Source of the DNA: Chitinophagales bacterium
GTDB lineage: Bacteria; Bacteroidota; Bacteroidia; Chitinophagales; BACL12
Assembly: GCA_014380545.1 (NCBI GenBank)
Contig: JACMJP010000192.1
Coordinates: 1 to 41,954, forward strand
DNA: 41,954 nucleotides
Direction: 5' to 3'
Shown: positions 26,623 to 36,820 of the stretch, one piece after another
How positions within the stretch are numbered: the stretch's first letter is position 1
Layout: every line of letters begins with the position of its first letter
Notes under the pieces: model-generated
What the model was told of the DNA's origin: nothing
Seen by the model: only the letters and a program-made list of their open reading frames with translations
Databases searched by the model: none
Translations under genes and position numbers: made by a program

Positions 26623-28269
26623 TTATTTGAGATCCCATTTCAGTTGCATCTCCCAATTTGCTTTTGTGGTTACTTCACCAGGGTAATAATAGATTTGTTC
26701 GGGTTGTTTTTTTTCTGATAGATTTCCCGTATCCCATTTTCCATTATTATTTCTATCTGCAATTGCACGGAAAATATATTTATCAGGTAATAAAAAATTA
26801 TACGTAATAGATGTATTTGTGTTCGCATAAATAATTTTTTCCTGAAGCAGTGTATTATCTTTTTTCATGAATTGTAATAGCAATGGAAAAGGTTTTGAAT
26901 TTGTTATATCAAAATTAATGGTTCCGTAGTCTTCTATTTTTTTTGTTTGTATGTAATATGAAACAGAATCATTACTTAACCCGAAAATATCTATTGTTGC
27001 GGATCTATTAATATGAATAAAATATTTTTTTCCGGACTGCCAATTATAATTTATTGTAAGTATTTTTTTATTCAACGAATCAATTTTTATTTCGGGTGTA
27101 ATAATTTGTGCTAAAGAATCTTCTGTAATTAAAAATTGATCTGTAAAAATTGAATCCAGAGGGTTTAAAAATGTCAATTGAATATTTTTTTTCATATCCC
27201 ATCCTGTAATTAACTTGTCAGTAGAGTTGCCCCGCTGTGTGGGTTCCGCATTTGCCCTAAAAGTATTTTTATTTTTTGTGAAAACAGAATCTTTTGGAAA
27301 ACTTTTTACGGCAACATTTATAATTGTATCAATGGTGTCATATTGAATTTGAAAAGTATGTTCGGTTAAATAAATATCCCGATGCCAAAAGGTAAGTGTA
27401 TCACCGGTGATATTTTTTTCAAAAAAACTTTTTATATTTTGTTCTCCTTTAAATGTTATTTGCACATCACGGGTGTTTTTTCCAAATGCAATTTTACTTT
27501 GACCATAGCGGTAAGATTTTGCGCTTAATAGCTTTTGCCTTATTTTATCTTCAGAAAATAATTGTAATGTAATTGTTGATGCATTCGTATCAATTTTAAT
27601 AATGCTGTCAGAAAAAGCAATTCTTTCATTTGGGAGATCATAATAAAAATTAAAATTTTGATCTTCTATTGCATAGATATTATAATTACCTTCTTTAATA
27701 TTATTAATAACAAAACTTCCACTTTCATTTGTCTTTGCAAAATAATATGGTTTTGATATCAGAAATAAAGAATCATCTCCTGCAGGATATAAAACAGCGT
27801 AGGCCTTTTCTGCATTTACACCGGTCAATATATCAACTACATTTCCTGAGATACTTAATGAATCAATATAAGATCCGGTAGAAAAAACGTAAGTAAAATT
27901 TTCCAATACATTATTTTCTGTTATGTCTTTTATGCTCTCGCCAAAATTAATTGTGTACGTTGTAGAATCTCTTAATGTATTGTTCAATTTGATAATTAAT
28001 TTTTTTCCTTTCACTTTTATTTCTGGTTGATTGTCAAGCGGAGGCGAAATAACAACCTGGTTAAAAATATCTGTAGTCTGAAAATATTCATCAAATTGAA
28101 TTTCGATTTCATCAACTGAAAAGAATGTCGATTTATTTTTAGGAGAAAAAGAAAGCGGCTGAGGTGGAGTCACATCTTTTTCTCCGCCAGTTGGAGTAAC
28201 CTGATTTGCACAACTCTGGATAAGCCATGCGATAAAAACTACATATAATACTGAAAGTTTTTGCATCAC
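26623..28269 (-). CDS. Ig-like domain-containing lipoprotein
   Basis: Lipobox 'LIQSCAN' followed by '[19 protein letters not shown]', an SbsA-type Ig-like start. 4-nt overlap with the mnmG stop. Confidence 0.6.
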   Translation of the reverse strand: MMQKLSVLYVVFIAWLIQSCANQVTPTGGEKDVTPPQPLSFSPKNKSTFFSVDEIEIQFDEYFQTTDIFNQVVISPPLDNQPEIKVKGKKLIIKLNNTLRDSTTYTINFGESIKDITENNVLENFTYVFSTGSYIDSLSISGNVVDILTGVNAEKAYAVLYPAGDDSLFLISKPYYFAKTNESGSFVINNIKEGNYNIYAIEDQNFNFYYDLPNERIAFSDSIIKIDTNASTITLQLFSEDKIRQKLLSAKSYRYGQSKIAFGKNTRDVQITFKGEQNIKSFFEKNITGDTLTFWHRDIYLTEHTFQIQYDTIDTIINVAVKSFPKDSVFTKNKNTFRANAEPTQRGNSTDKLITGWDMKKNIQLTFLNPLDSIFTDQFLITEDSLAQIITPEIKIDSLNKKILTINYNWQSGKKYFIHINRSATIDIFGLSNDSVSYYIQTKKIEDYGTINFDITNSKPFPLLLQFMKKDNTLLQEKIIYANTNTSITYNFLLPDKYIFRAIADRNNNGKWDTGNLSEKKQPEQIYYYPGEVTTKANWEMQLKWDLK

Positions 28270-30128
28270 CTGCCAATGTACACCATCAAAACAGAAATAT
28301 CAGACGGAGAAACCCCACTGATTCTGCTTGCCTGTCCAAGTGTTTTTGGTTTTATTTTACTGAGTTTTTCTTTTGCTTCGCTGGATAAAGAATGTAAAAC
28401 GGTGTAATCAATACTTTCATGTATAAGGATATCCTCCAGGCGATGCATTTTGTCAACAAGTTCCTTTTCCTTTTCAATATATCCCTCATATTTTAACTGT
28501 ATCTCGGCCTGTTCAATAAATTCTGCTTCAAAAATACTAAGATGGGCGTCAATGACAGGGTTAATACCATGGAAATCAGATATTTGTATGTGGGGTCTTG
28601 AAAGTAGTTGTGATAGTTTTGCTCCCTGTTTTATCGGGGAGGAGTTCTTTCTTTCAAGGACACCATTTATTTGATCAGGATCAACAGATGTTGTTTTAAG
28701 GAAATCAATGAGTTTGTTTGTCGCAGTAATTTTTTCGTTTACTCTTTTCATTCGCTTATCTCTTGCCAGACCAAGTTTATAAGATAGTTCTGTTAAGCGA
28801 ATGTCGGCATTATCCTGTCTTAGCAATATCCGGTATTCTGCCCTTGAAGTAAACATGCGATAAGGCTCATCAGTACCTTTATTTATAAGATCATCTATCA
28901 GTACACCTATATAACCCTGTGAACGGTCTAATTTAAAGGGATCTTTTTCTGCAACAGCAAGATGTGCATTTATTCCAGCCATTAAACCCTGACATGCAGC
29001 CTCTTCATACCCAGTAGTGCCGTTTATTTGCCCTGCGAAAAATAAATTCTTGATCAGCTTGGTTTCCAGAGTGTTGTTAAGCTGAGTTGGTGGGAAATAG
29101 TCATATTCGATAGCATAGCCCGGTCGCAACATGCGTACACTTTCAAATCCTTTTATCTTTTTTAAGGCATTGAATTGCACTTCTTCCGGAAGCGAAGTGG
29201 AAAACCCGTTTACGTAAACTTCCACAGTTTCCCAACCTTCAGGCTCCACAAATATTTGATGCCTTTCTTTACTTGAAAACCTTTCAATCTTATCTTCAAT
29301 TGAAGGACAATATCTGGGACCTAAACCCTTTATTCTACCAGTAAACATTGGCGATTCATCAAACCCTTTTTTTAGTTCTTCATGTACAGCGGCTGAAGTA
29401 TAGGTAACATGACAGCTTCTTTGTTTCTTTAGATTAGGAGTATTAGTATAAGAAAATTTAGCAGGATTTTCATCACCTGGTTGTTCTTCCATCAGTTCAT
29501 AATTCAGGCTTCTTCCATCAACCCTTGGTGGCGTACCAGTCTTCATTCTCCCACTTTCAAAACCAAGATCTTTCAATTGTTCGGTTATCCCTGTAGCGGC
29601 TTTTTCTGCAACTCTACCACCACCAAATTGTTTTTGGCCTATGTGTATAATGCCATTCAGGAAGGTGCCATTTGTAAGAACAACGGCCTTAGCTTTTATT
29701 TCTATCCCCAAACCTGTTCTTATACCGACTATATTCCCCCCTTTGACTAAGAGACCTGAGACCATATCCTGCCAGAAATCAACATTTTGGATTTGTTCCA
29801 ACTTGTATCTCCATTCTTTTGCAAACATCATCCTATCGTTCTGCGCCCGTGGGCTCCACATAGCGGGCCCTTTAGAACGGTTTAGCATTTTAAATTGGAT
29901 AGTGGTTAAATCCGTAATAATTCCTGAATATCCCCCTAAAGCATCAATTTCCCTTATTATTTGTCCCTTTGCAACACCCCCCATGGCCGGATTACAACTC
30001 ATTTGAGCAATTGTTTGCAGGTTCATTGTTATGAGCAAAACTGATGAGCCCATATTTGCAGCAGACCCTGCTGCTTCACATCCGGCATGTCCGGCACCCA
30101 CTATTATAATATCATATTCTTTAAACAT
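28266..30128 (-). CDS. mnmG: tRNA uridine 5-carboxymethylaminomethyl modification enzyme MnmG (GidA)
   Basis: 620 aa. '[20 protein letters not shown]', '[12 protein letters not shown]', '[12 protein letters not shown]' and '[15 protein letters not shown]' match MnmG. Confidence 0.95.
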   Translation of the reverse strand: MFKEYDIIIVGAGHAGCEAAGSAANMGSSVLLITMNLQTIAQMSCNPAMGGVAKGQIIREIDALGGYSGIITDLTTIQFKMLNRSKGPAMWSPRAQNDRMMFAKEWRYKLEQIQNVDFWQDMVSGLLVKGGNIVGIRTGLGIEIKAKAVVLTNGTFLNGIIHIGQKQFGGGRVAEKAATGITEQLKDLGFESGRMKTGTPPRVDGRSLNYELMEEQPGDENPAKFSYTNTPNLKKQRSCHVTYTSAAVHEELKKGFDESPMFTGRIKGLGPRYCPSIEDKIERFSSKERHQIFVEPEGWETVEVYVNGFSTSLPEEVQFNALKKIKGFESVRMLRPGYAIEYDYFPPTQLNNTLETKLIKNLFFAGQINGTTGYEEAACQGLMAGINAHLAVAEKDPFKLDRSQGYIGVLIDDLINKGTDEPYRMFTSRAEYRILLRQDNADIRLTELSYKLGLARDKRMKRVNEKITATNKLIDFLKTTSVDPDQINGVLERKNSSPIKQGAKLSQLLSRPHIQISDFHGINPVIDAHLSIFEAEFIEQAEIQLKYEGYIEKEKELVDKMHRLEDILIHESIDYTVLHSLSSEAKEKLSKIKPKTLGQASRISGVSPSDISVLMVYIGR

Positions 30129-30183
30129 GTAAAGACAAAATTAAAGATTTTCCTAGCAGTGTTTCATATGAAACCGGATGCTT

Positions 30184-30633
30184 TTAACTCTGCGGTTTCA
30201 TGTGAAACAATATATTTTGTAATTGTTTTAGGGATTTATTTTCCAGAACCCGCATTTTTTTAGATGCACTCGCATTTTTATCGTCAAAGCCTAATAAATG
30301 CAGAACACCATGTATCATAACCCTATTTAATTCAGTATCAAACGTCTCGTTAAACTTCTGTGCATTTTCATCGACTCTTTCAATGCTAATAAAAACATCT
30401 CCATTAATAAGATGACCTGAATTATAATTAAAGGTTATAATATCAGTGAAAGTTTTGTGATGCAGGTGTTTTGAATTGAGATTAAATAAGTAATCGTCAG
30501 AGCAGAAAATGAAATTGAGCTTGCCGGGAAAATACCCATGCGCATTTATAGTATGCTCAAGCCATAGAATTATTTTTTTTCGATTTTTAAGTTTGAAATT
30601 TGGGTAAAGTATATGAAAATTTACCCTTGGCAT
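30184..30633 (-). CDS. ybeY: rRNA maturation endoribonuclease YbeY
   Basis: 'HGVLHLLGFDD' zinc-binding motif. 149 aa. Confidence 0.9.
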   Translation of the reverse strand: MPRVNFHILYPNFKLKNRKKIILWLEHTINAHGYFPGKLNFIFCSDDYLFNLNSKHLHHKTFTDIITFNYNSGHLINGDVFISIERVDENAQKFNETFDTELNRVMIHGVLHLLGFDDKNASASKKMRVLENKSLKQLQNILFHMKPQS

Positions 30634-31049
30634 CAGAGTTTAAATTGTATTTCTACAAAACTGCCGTCATTAGAAAAGATTACCATATCAGATAAGTTTT
30701 TCATCAAAAAAACACCTCTGCCACCAGTATTTTGAATATTCTCAGGAGCGGTGGGGTCGGGAAGATTTGTGAAATCGAAGCCATGTCCCTCATCTTCCAC
30801 TGCACATACAACAAGGTTCTTCATTCTAAGGAGGTTTATCTTAACCTTTTTTTCTTTATCTGATTTATTTCCATGAACTATAGCATTGTTAACAGCCTCA
30901 GTAATTGCTACTAACATATTACCGTATATCTCATCTGTTATTTGATTATCACATCTAAAGGATTCAATAAATGGTTCTATTAATACAATGTTGTTGGGAT
31001 CGGACACAAGAAGCAGCTGTTGCTCAGCTAAATGTTCAGTAACACTCAT
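30633..31049 (-). CDS. RsbW/SpoIIAB-like HATPase_c protein (anti-sigma-factor-type serine kinase fold)
   Basis: 138 aa. N-box 'ITEAVNNAIVHGN', 'VEDEGHGFD' and 'GGRGVFLMKNLSD'. 1-nt overlap with the ybeY start. Confidence 0.7.
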   Translation of the reverse strand: MSVTEHLAEQQLLLVSDPNNIVLIEPFIESFRCDNQITDEIYGNMLVAITEAVNNAIVHGNKSDKEKKVKINLLRMKNLVVCAVEDEGHGFDFTNLPDPTAPENIQNTGGRGVFLMKNLSDMVIFSNDGSFVEIQFKL

Positions 31050-31053
31050 AGAC

Positions 31054-34000
31054 TTATTTGCTAATTGACCTAAAATACTCTTCTACTAAATTTTTGTAAA
31101 AAGGTTTCAACTCCGGTGACATGGTTTTAAATAAATCTATTTCAGAGTTACGTTTTTTTATATATTCTTCAATTGCAGGAGGTAACTCTCTATTTACTTC
31201 TTTTGCAGTATTACTTTGACGCTCATTATCAGTTTTTCTTTCTCTTTCGGAATCAGCAGCCTCCAACAATCTGGTTAATATATCCTGTTGCCTTTTCAGC
31301 ATTTCATCGGATAATAATTTATTTACAATATCCTCTTCTGTTTGATCCATTTTTTCAGCAATTTGCTGCAATTGTTTAGCAAGCTTACCATCTTCAGTAT
31401 TTCCTCCTCCCAGCTCCTTAGCCATTTGTTGTAAAGCATCTCTTATTGCTGCCTGCTTAGCCGCCATTTCAGCAAGCTCCTTACTCATACCTTCTTTACT
31501 ACCTTTTTGCTGTCCATTCTCCATTTCTCCTTTCATTTTTTTTAATTGCTCATTAAGTTGCTTTTGCATTTCCCCCATTGAAGGCAACTGAGATTCTCCA
31601 CCAGGTTTTTGACACATTTGTGAGCCAGGCATTGACTGAGCCATTTGTTGCTGCATTTGTTGCATCACTTCATCAAGCAACAGAGCTAGATTATTATAAC
31701 TTGTCATAGTTAGCTGCTGATACATGTTAGCCTGATTGATAGATCTTTCAGATAACTGTGATAAACTTTTATCAATATTATTATTTACAGACTCCATCTC
31801 ACGAGTAATTGTTGAGCTTATTTGGAAAACTCTTTTAGCGAGTGCATACAAACTATCTTCGACAATTTTATTATCTTCTTTTATTTTTTGCTGATTGGCC
31901 ATGAGGTCTACATACTTAGGATTGTTGGTTTTTGTGTTTTTCAATTCATCCATTAATGATTCCTGGTCTACAGATAGTTTTATCAGGTTGTCTAATAGCT
32001 GGCGCAAAGCATTCATATCTTCCTGCTGTTGTTGCATTTGCATTTGCTGCATTTGATTTTGCATGTTCTGAGCCATTTCTTTCATTTTTTGTGAAGCGTT
32101 TTTTTGACTTTGTGAAGCCTGCTTCTTTTGACTCTGCTGCAATTGCTCAGATGCTTTTTGCTGTTCTTCTTCCACCTGCTGTTCGCTTTGTTCAGTGTTT
32201 TCAAGATCTTTCTGATCTTCCAATTCTTTATTCATCTCTTCAAGCTTATCAATATCTTCTTGGATTTCATCAAACTTTTTGCTTATATCTTCTTGGTTTT
32301 CAATATTTTGCTCTTTTTCCGACTGTTTATTCTCAGTTTGTTCTGATGCATTTTCCTGTTCTTTTGCTAACTCATTTAATTTATCAACTGTTTCCTGCAT
32401 CTTTTGCTCCATTTCAAGTTGTTTAAATAATTCAAGCATTCTATCAAGTTCTTTTTCAAGCTGCTCATTATTCATATTCATTTCCTGCATTTGCTCAAGA
32501 GATTGTTCTTTAGTTAGTTCTTCCAATAATTTTTGAATCTCCTCATACAGTTTTTTCATTTCATCAGTTAGAACTTCTTCAAACATTTCCTGAAGCTGTT
32601 CCTGTTTCTCTAAAATTTCAGGATTTGGTTCCATGTATTCTTTTTGCATGGAAAGATTTTTCTCGAACTCTTTTTTCAGATCTTCAATTTGCTGTTGCGC
32701 ATTATTTTGTCTTTGCAAAAGATTTTCTAATTTCTTTTTATCGTCCCAATTCAATTCTTTTTTCTCCAATAATTTATCCTGCATTTCTTCGGTTTCTTTT
32801 TTTATAGCATCTAACTCACTTAACACATCTTCCAAACTATTTTTTATTTCTTCATTACTTTCTTCTCTTATTTCTTCAAGTTCTTCTTTTGTTGGAACAA
32901 TATATTGCAATGCTGATGACCTTGTTGATTTACTTCCGTGTACACCATCATTATCCCACACTTCGAAAAAATAGGTTACACGATCACCCGGTTGTAAACT
33001 ATATTGATGCAGATCGAATGCGTAATTAAAAGGATTTTTTAATGAAGTATTAATAAAAGAAATTTTTTCATCGCCCTCTTTTTTTGTAAATGTATTTCCT
33101 TTTACATCTGTTCCTTCTAATAAATAATGAAATTGTAAATTTTTAAATCCATAATCATCATTTATTTCTCCTGCAAAAAATAAAAACTTATCGTCTGTAC
33201 TGTCAGCAAATTGTTGTACGTTTATTTGTGGGTATGCATCAGGAATTACATCAATGGAATATTGAATAGTATCATTACTTATTATTCTATTATTCGCAAT
33301 ACTGATTTTATACAATTGATTATTGAATATTTTTTTAGAGAATGAAAAATTATTTTTCCCATCTCTTGTTGCTTTTGTTTTTTCTGCAGGGAATATGAGA
33401 TCAATTAATTCAGTATTTTCAGTATTGAAGATCCAGGACACATCAGTTCCTTCAGGTATTATCATATCTCCGGCATTTTTTAATATCTCGTCTTTTTTGC
33501 GGGTATAATCAGGATAATTTAAACGAACATCAAAATTTATAATTGCAGGTTTTGGAATAACTTCAAGTGTGTATTCTTTACTATTGAAACCATTGGCAAT
33601 TAAATTAAACTCTGTATTGGAAGGAACTTTATTAAATGTAAAAGAAAATTCATCAGCAGAGTTTTTTATCATATTATAACTGCCGGTTGATGTTTCAACC
33701 ATTACATTATCGGGCAATGCCTCGCCTGTAATTTTAATATTTAATTCGTAATCGTTATATTGAATTACTTCCAGGGTTTTATTTGAGATATTAAATTGAA
33801 AAGGCGCCTGTTTCTCGAAGAATGTATTGTTTCTTAATAACCTGTAATTACTGTCCCGCAAAATATCGGGCGATGCAAATAGAATAAAAATTAATACTGC
33901 CAGCGGTGGCAATGTATACTTTAAATACTTTTTGTTTTTATTGAGATTTATTGCAAGTGAAAAGGGAACGGGTTTTATTGTTTCTATTTTCTGATTTATA

Positions 34001-34398
34001 CTTGCTTCAATAAGTTCTTTACTTGCAACGCTGTTTTCTGTTTCTTTTAATTGGAGTATGTTTAATAATTTATCTTCAACCTGGCTGAAATGTGCGCCAA
34101 TTATTTTTGCTGCTGTGGCATGATCAATTTGTTTACCGAGTTTAAAATATTTAAAAAGGGGAGTAAGAATCCAGAGAGAAATAAAAACAACACTTCCTGC
34201 AATGAAGCTGTAAAAAAGAATTTTTCTTACATCTGTAGAAAAATAAAAATTGTATTCAAGAAAACTAAAGACGAGGTATATGCTGATTACAACTGCGCCA
34301 AAAAATAATGCACCCCGAACAAGTTTATTCAAATAAAATTTTCTTGTGAAGGCATCAAGCTTTTGAATAAGAAGGCTATAATTTGAATTTGTTTCCAT
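31054..34398 (-). CDS. DUF4175-like giant membrane-anchored coiled-coil protein
   Basis: 1114 aa. N-terminal hydrophobic segments, a central beta-rich region, and a long E/K/Q/M-rich coiled-coil/low-complexity C-terminal half. The stop is 4 nt upstream of the HATPase start. The DUF4175 assignment is from memory of the architecture. Confidence 0.6.
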   Translation of the reverse strand: METNSNYSLLIQKLDAFTRKFYLNKLVRGALFFGAVVISIYLVFSFLEYNFYFSTDVRKILFYSFIAGSVVFISLWILTPLFKYFKLGKQIDHATAAKIIGAHFSQVEDKLLNILQLKETENSVASKELIEASINQKIETIKPVPFSLAINLNKNKKYLKYTLPPLAVLIFILFASPDILRDSNYRLLRNNTFFEKQAPFQFNISNKTLEVIQYNDYELNIKITGEALPDNVMVETSTGSYNMIKNSADEFSFTFNKVPSNTEFNLIANGFNSKEYTLEVIPKPAIINFDVRLNYPDYTRKKDEILKNAGDMIIPEGTDVSWIFNTENTELIDLIFPAEKTKATRDGKNNFSFSKKIFNNQLYKISIANNRIISNDTIQYSIDVIPDAYPQINVQQFADSTDDKFLFFAGEINDDYGFKNLQFHYLLEGTDVKGNTFTKKEGDEKISFINTSLKNPFNYAFDLHQYSLQPGDRVTYFFEVWDNDGVHGSKSTRSSALQYIVPTKEELEEIREESNEEIKNSLEDVLSELDAIKKETEEMQDKLLEKKELNWDDKKKLENLLQRQNNAQQQIEDLKKEFEKNLSMQKEYMEPNPEILEKQEQLQEMFEEVLTDEMKKLYEEIQKLLEELTKEQSLEQMQEMNMNNEQLEKELDRMLELFKQLEMEQKMQETVDKLNELAKEQENASEQTENKQSEKEQNIENQEDISKKFDEIQEDIDKLEEMNKELEDQKDLENTEQSEQQVEEEQQKASEQLQQSQKKQASQSQKNASQKMKEMAQNMQNQMQQMQMQQQQEDMNALRQLLDNLIKLSVDQESLMDELKNTKTNNPKYVDLMANQQKIKEDNKIVEDSLYALAKRVFQISSTITREMESVNNNIDKSLSQLSERSINQANMYQQLTMTSYNNLALLLDEVMQQMQQQMAQSMPGSQMCQKPGGESQLPSMGEMQKQLNEQLKKMKGEMENGQQKGSKEGMSKELAEMAAKQAAIRDALQQMAKELGGGNTEDGKLAKQLQQIAEKMDQTEEDIVNKLLSDEMLKRQQDILTRLLEAADSERERKTDNERQSNTAKEVNRELPPAIEEYIKKRNSEIDLFKTMSPELKPFYKNLVEEYFRSISK

Positions 34399-34506
34399 TT
34401 TGTTATTCTTATAAATTGTGTTCCGGGAATTTGTATATACAATAATAACGGGTTTTTAGTGCAAAGGATGCTTCTGTAACGGAATTTAACAGTGGGATGT
34501 TTCCGG

Positions 34507-34941
34507 TTATTCCTCTTCTTCCATGTCTTCCATAAGACCATCCATTTCTTTCATATAATCTTCACCCAATATTGCTTCTATTGTAAAATCTACCTTCCAC
34601 TCTTTTTCTATTTTCTTTACTTTATAAATCATTTCATCTCCATTTTCATCTCTTACATTTATTTCGGCCAAATCGTTATTAATGATCGTTTTTTCATGAA
34701 CTATGACGAATCGGTAGTTGTCGGAAGAATCTGGGGCCATTTCAGCGAATCCTATTATCATATCTAACAACTCTTCACTTTCAGGAGTAGCTAAAAATTT
34801 TGCTTTTTCCCAATCTCTGTCGTTAATGGCGTTCAGGAAGTTTGTAACTGTTTCTTCAGGGGTGCTTTTTTTAACATCAAAAGAGAAGGCTGTTAAACTT
34901 AAGAGGATAAAAAGTGGTGCTATGAGCTTTTTCATGATCAA
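34507..34941 (-). CDS. DUF4878-like lipoprotein (paralog 1) with acidic Met-rich tail
   Basis: Signal peptide, then 'PEETVTNFLNAINDRDWEKAKFLATPESEELLDMI'. The tail is 'MKEMDGLMEDMEEEE'. Confidence 0.6.
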   Translation of the reverse strand: MIMKKLIAPLFILLSLTAFSFDVKKSTPEETVTNFLNAINDRDWEKAKFLATPESEELLDMIIGFAEMAPDSSDNYRFVIVHEKTIINNDLAEINVRDENGDEMIYKVKKIEKEWKVDFTIEAILGEDYMKEMDGLMEDMEEEE

Positions 34942-34998
34942 TTTTTATGTGTGCATGCTATGAACGTAAAAGTAGAGAGTTTATAATACAAATTCCAT

Positions 34999-35033
34999 AA
35001 AAAAAACCCGCACAGAATTTCTGTGCGGGTTTA
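34999..35033 (-). terminator. Rho-independent terminator downstream of DUF4878-like paralog 2
   Basis: AAACCCGCACAGAA pairs with TTCTGTGCGGGTTT (about 35004-35032), followed on the minus strand by a T-run (TTTTTTTT). Confidence 0.7.
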
Positions 35034-35050
35034 AATTGTTTTAATAAGAT

Positions 35051-35530
35051 TTATTTGGGCATATCCATCATTGAAGTGTCGCCTTCAATTGTAATATCAT
35101 CACCCATATCTTCCATTCCTTTCATTGCATCGTCCATAACGTCTTCTACATTCATATCGCCCATAAGTGCTTCCATTGTAAAGTCAACTTTCCATTTGCC
35201 GTCTATTTTCTTTAATTTGTAAGCCATTTCCATTTCGTTGTCATCTTTAACGGTTACTTCTGCTGTTTCTCCTTCAATTTTTGTTTTGTCTTTTACAACA
35301 TCAAATTTCATGGTGGCAGTGCTATCAGGAGCATTTTCTGAAAATCCTTTGATCATTTCAAGCAGTGATTCGCTTTCGGGTGTTGCATATTTTTTTGCTT
35401 CATCCCATTTTTTATCATTTACAGCGCTTAAAAAACTTTTAACTGTTGCTTCAGGTGTACCGCTGCTTGCACATGAGGCAATAAAGAGTACCGCAAAGAT
35501 TGCGAGTACCGGAATAATTACTTTTTTCAT
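35051..35530 (-). CDS. DUF4878-like lipoprotein (paralog 2) with extended Met/Asp-rich tail
   Basis: Lipobox 'FIASCAS', then 'PEATVKSFLSAVNDKKWDEAKKYATPESESLLEMI'. The tail is 'MGDMNVEDVMDDAMKGMEDMGDDITIEGDTSMMDMPK'. Confidence 0.6.
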   Translation of the reverse strand: MKKVIIPVLAIFAVLFIASCASSGTPEATVKSFLSAVNDKKWDEAKKYATPESESLLEMIKGFSENAPDSTATMKFDVVKDKTKIEGETAEVTVKDDNEMEMAYKLKKIDGKWKVDFTMEALMGDMNVEDVMDDAMKGMEDMGDDITIEGDTSMMDMPK

Positions 35531-35598
35531 TTACGTTTTAATTTTTTTTTGAAGGTTCAAAGGTATTACATTTAGCTTACAACCTCTAATTTAACTGA

Positions 35599-36003
35599 TT
35601 AGTTGGGTGCGGCAGGCGTAAAGCGAATCTCTTTTTTTGTTTTGAGTTCTGTGTCACAAAAATGAAAATCAACAGGTGCATTATTAAATACTTCGGCTGA
35701 TAACCTGCGGGTGTATTCTTCAGCAAGGGTTATAAAATTCGGGTCGTCTTCAACGCCGTCTTTTGATACCATGCGGAAAATATAGGTGCCGTTTGTTTTA
35801 TCTATTTGTATGGATATTTCCTGCCCGCTAAAAAATCCATCATCTACTAAAAAATTACCGAGCTTGGTGGCTTCTTCTTCGGTTAAATTTTCTGTGTAGT
35901 ATAATTCCCCCTCATTAAAAATGAGTTTTTTGCCGTAGTTATTGCATGCCGCAAGGCTAAAGAGGATGATAGATAAACAAATGGTTAGTTTAGGATTCTT
36001 CAT
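35599..36003 (-). CDS. Hypothetical lipoprotein
   Basis: Lipobox 'FSLAACNN'. 134 aa. No family recognised. Confidence 0.5.
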   Translation of the reverse strand: MKNPKLTICLSIILFSLAACNNYGKKLIFNEGELYYTENLTEEEATKLGNFLVDDGFFSGQEISIQIDKTNGTYIFRMVSKDGVEDDPNFITLAEEYTRRLSAEVFNNAPVDFHFCDTELKTKKEIRFTPAAPN

Positions 36004-36108
36004 AATTTTTATTTTTTAATGTGATAAAGGTAAAAGAAAACAGGTAAGCAAATAAAATATTTTGAGGGATGAAGTGCCATAAGAAAAACAGGTTAATTTA
36101 GATGGCAA

Positions 36109-36654
36109 ATGGGCATACATGAGTGGGCTGAAAAACTGGTACTTCTGCAAACTGCCCGTATAAGCATAAGAAAATTAATTTGTGCTGATGTGCAGGATTA
36201 TTTTATCATGTATAGTGATGCTGAGGCTATGCGCTACCGGGGGCAAATGCCCTTTGAGAAAATAGAAGATGCACAGGTTTCACTGAAGCAGGTGCAGGAT
36301 GACTGGTTTGCAAACATAAAGTTCAGGGTGGCGCTTGTGTTAAAAGAAAGCAATGCGCTCATTGGCACTTTTCTTATTAAAAGTATTGAGGAGGATAGTT
36401 GTGAGATTGGCTATTCTTTAGATAAAAACTACTGGAACCAGGGCATTATGACGGAGGTTTGCCGGGCGGTGGTTTCCTTTTTACTGGAAGAGGCTGAAAT
36501 GGAAACAATTTATGCGGTGGTAAGGGAAGGAAATGAAAGCTCGATGCGCCTTTTACAGAAACTACAATTTAAGCCGGCGGCACTGCAGTTAACCGGCGGC
36601 AAAAACATTTCATATTACTACAGGAAGAAGGAAAAAACGGCAGGTATGCATTGA
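36109..36654 (+). CDS. GNAT-family N-acetyltransferase (RimJ/RimL-like)
   Basis: 'L.T.R..IR.L...D......MYSD.EAMRY' N-terminus and 'CEIGYSLDKNYWNQGIMTE...V..F' core. Visibly higher GC than its neighbours. Confidence 0.7.
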   Translation: MGIHEWAEKLVLLQTARISIRKLICADVQDYFIMYSDAEAMRYRGQMPFEKIEDAQVSLKQVQDDWFANIKFRVALVLKESNALIGTFLIKSIEEDSCEIGYSLDKNYWNQGIMTEVCRAVVSFLLEEAEMETIYAVVREGNESSMRLLQKLQFKPAALQLTGGKNISYYYRKKEKTAGMH

Positions 36655-36781
36655 AAGCGGCGCAGGCATTGACAGAATGGAGATCGGATAGGGCAATTTT
36701 GAAGTTTACGGACGTCATTTTGATTGTTATGGATACCATTTGTGTGAAAAATGATGACTTCCTTAAAAAATTGAATCGTAT

Positions 36782-36820
36782 AAAAAAAATAACGCCGCAC
36801 TGAGGAGTCTGTGCGGCGTT
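36782..36820 (-). terminator. Rho-independent terminator downstream of T9SS paralog 1
   Basis: AACGCCGCAC (36791-36800) pairs with GTGCGGCGTT (36811-36820), followed on the minus strand by ATTTTTTTT. Confidence 0.7.

Noticed and set aside
31932-32974. Several long plus-strand ORFs (164, 72, 85, 60 and 113 aa) antisense to the DUF4175-like gene.
   Set aside because: They lie in the strand-skewed low-complexity tract. They translate to S/F/L/C-rich nonsense and overlap each other. They are shadow ORFs of the E/K/Q-rich coding strand.
36618-36800. A 60-aa minus-strand ORF overlaps the GNAT gene end and the terminator hairpin.
   Set aside because: It overlaps a supported CDS and a terminator and has an Arg/Phe-rich non-protein-like composition.
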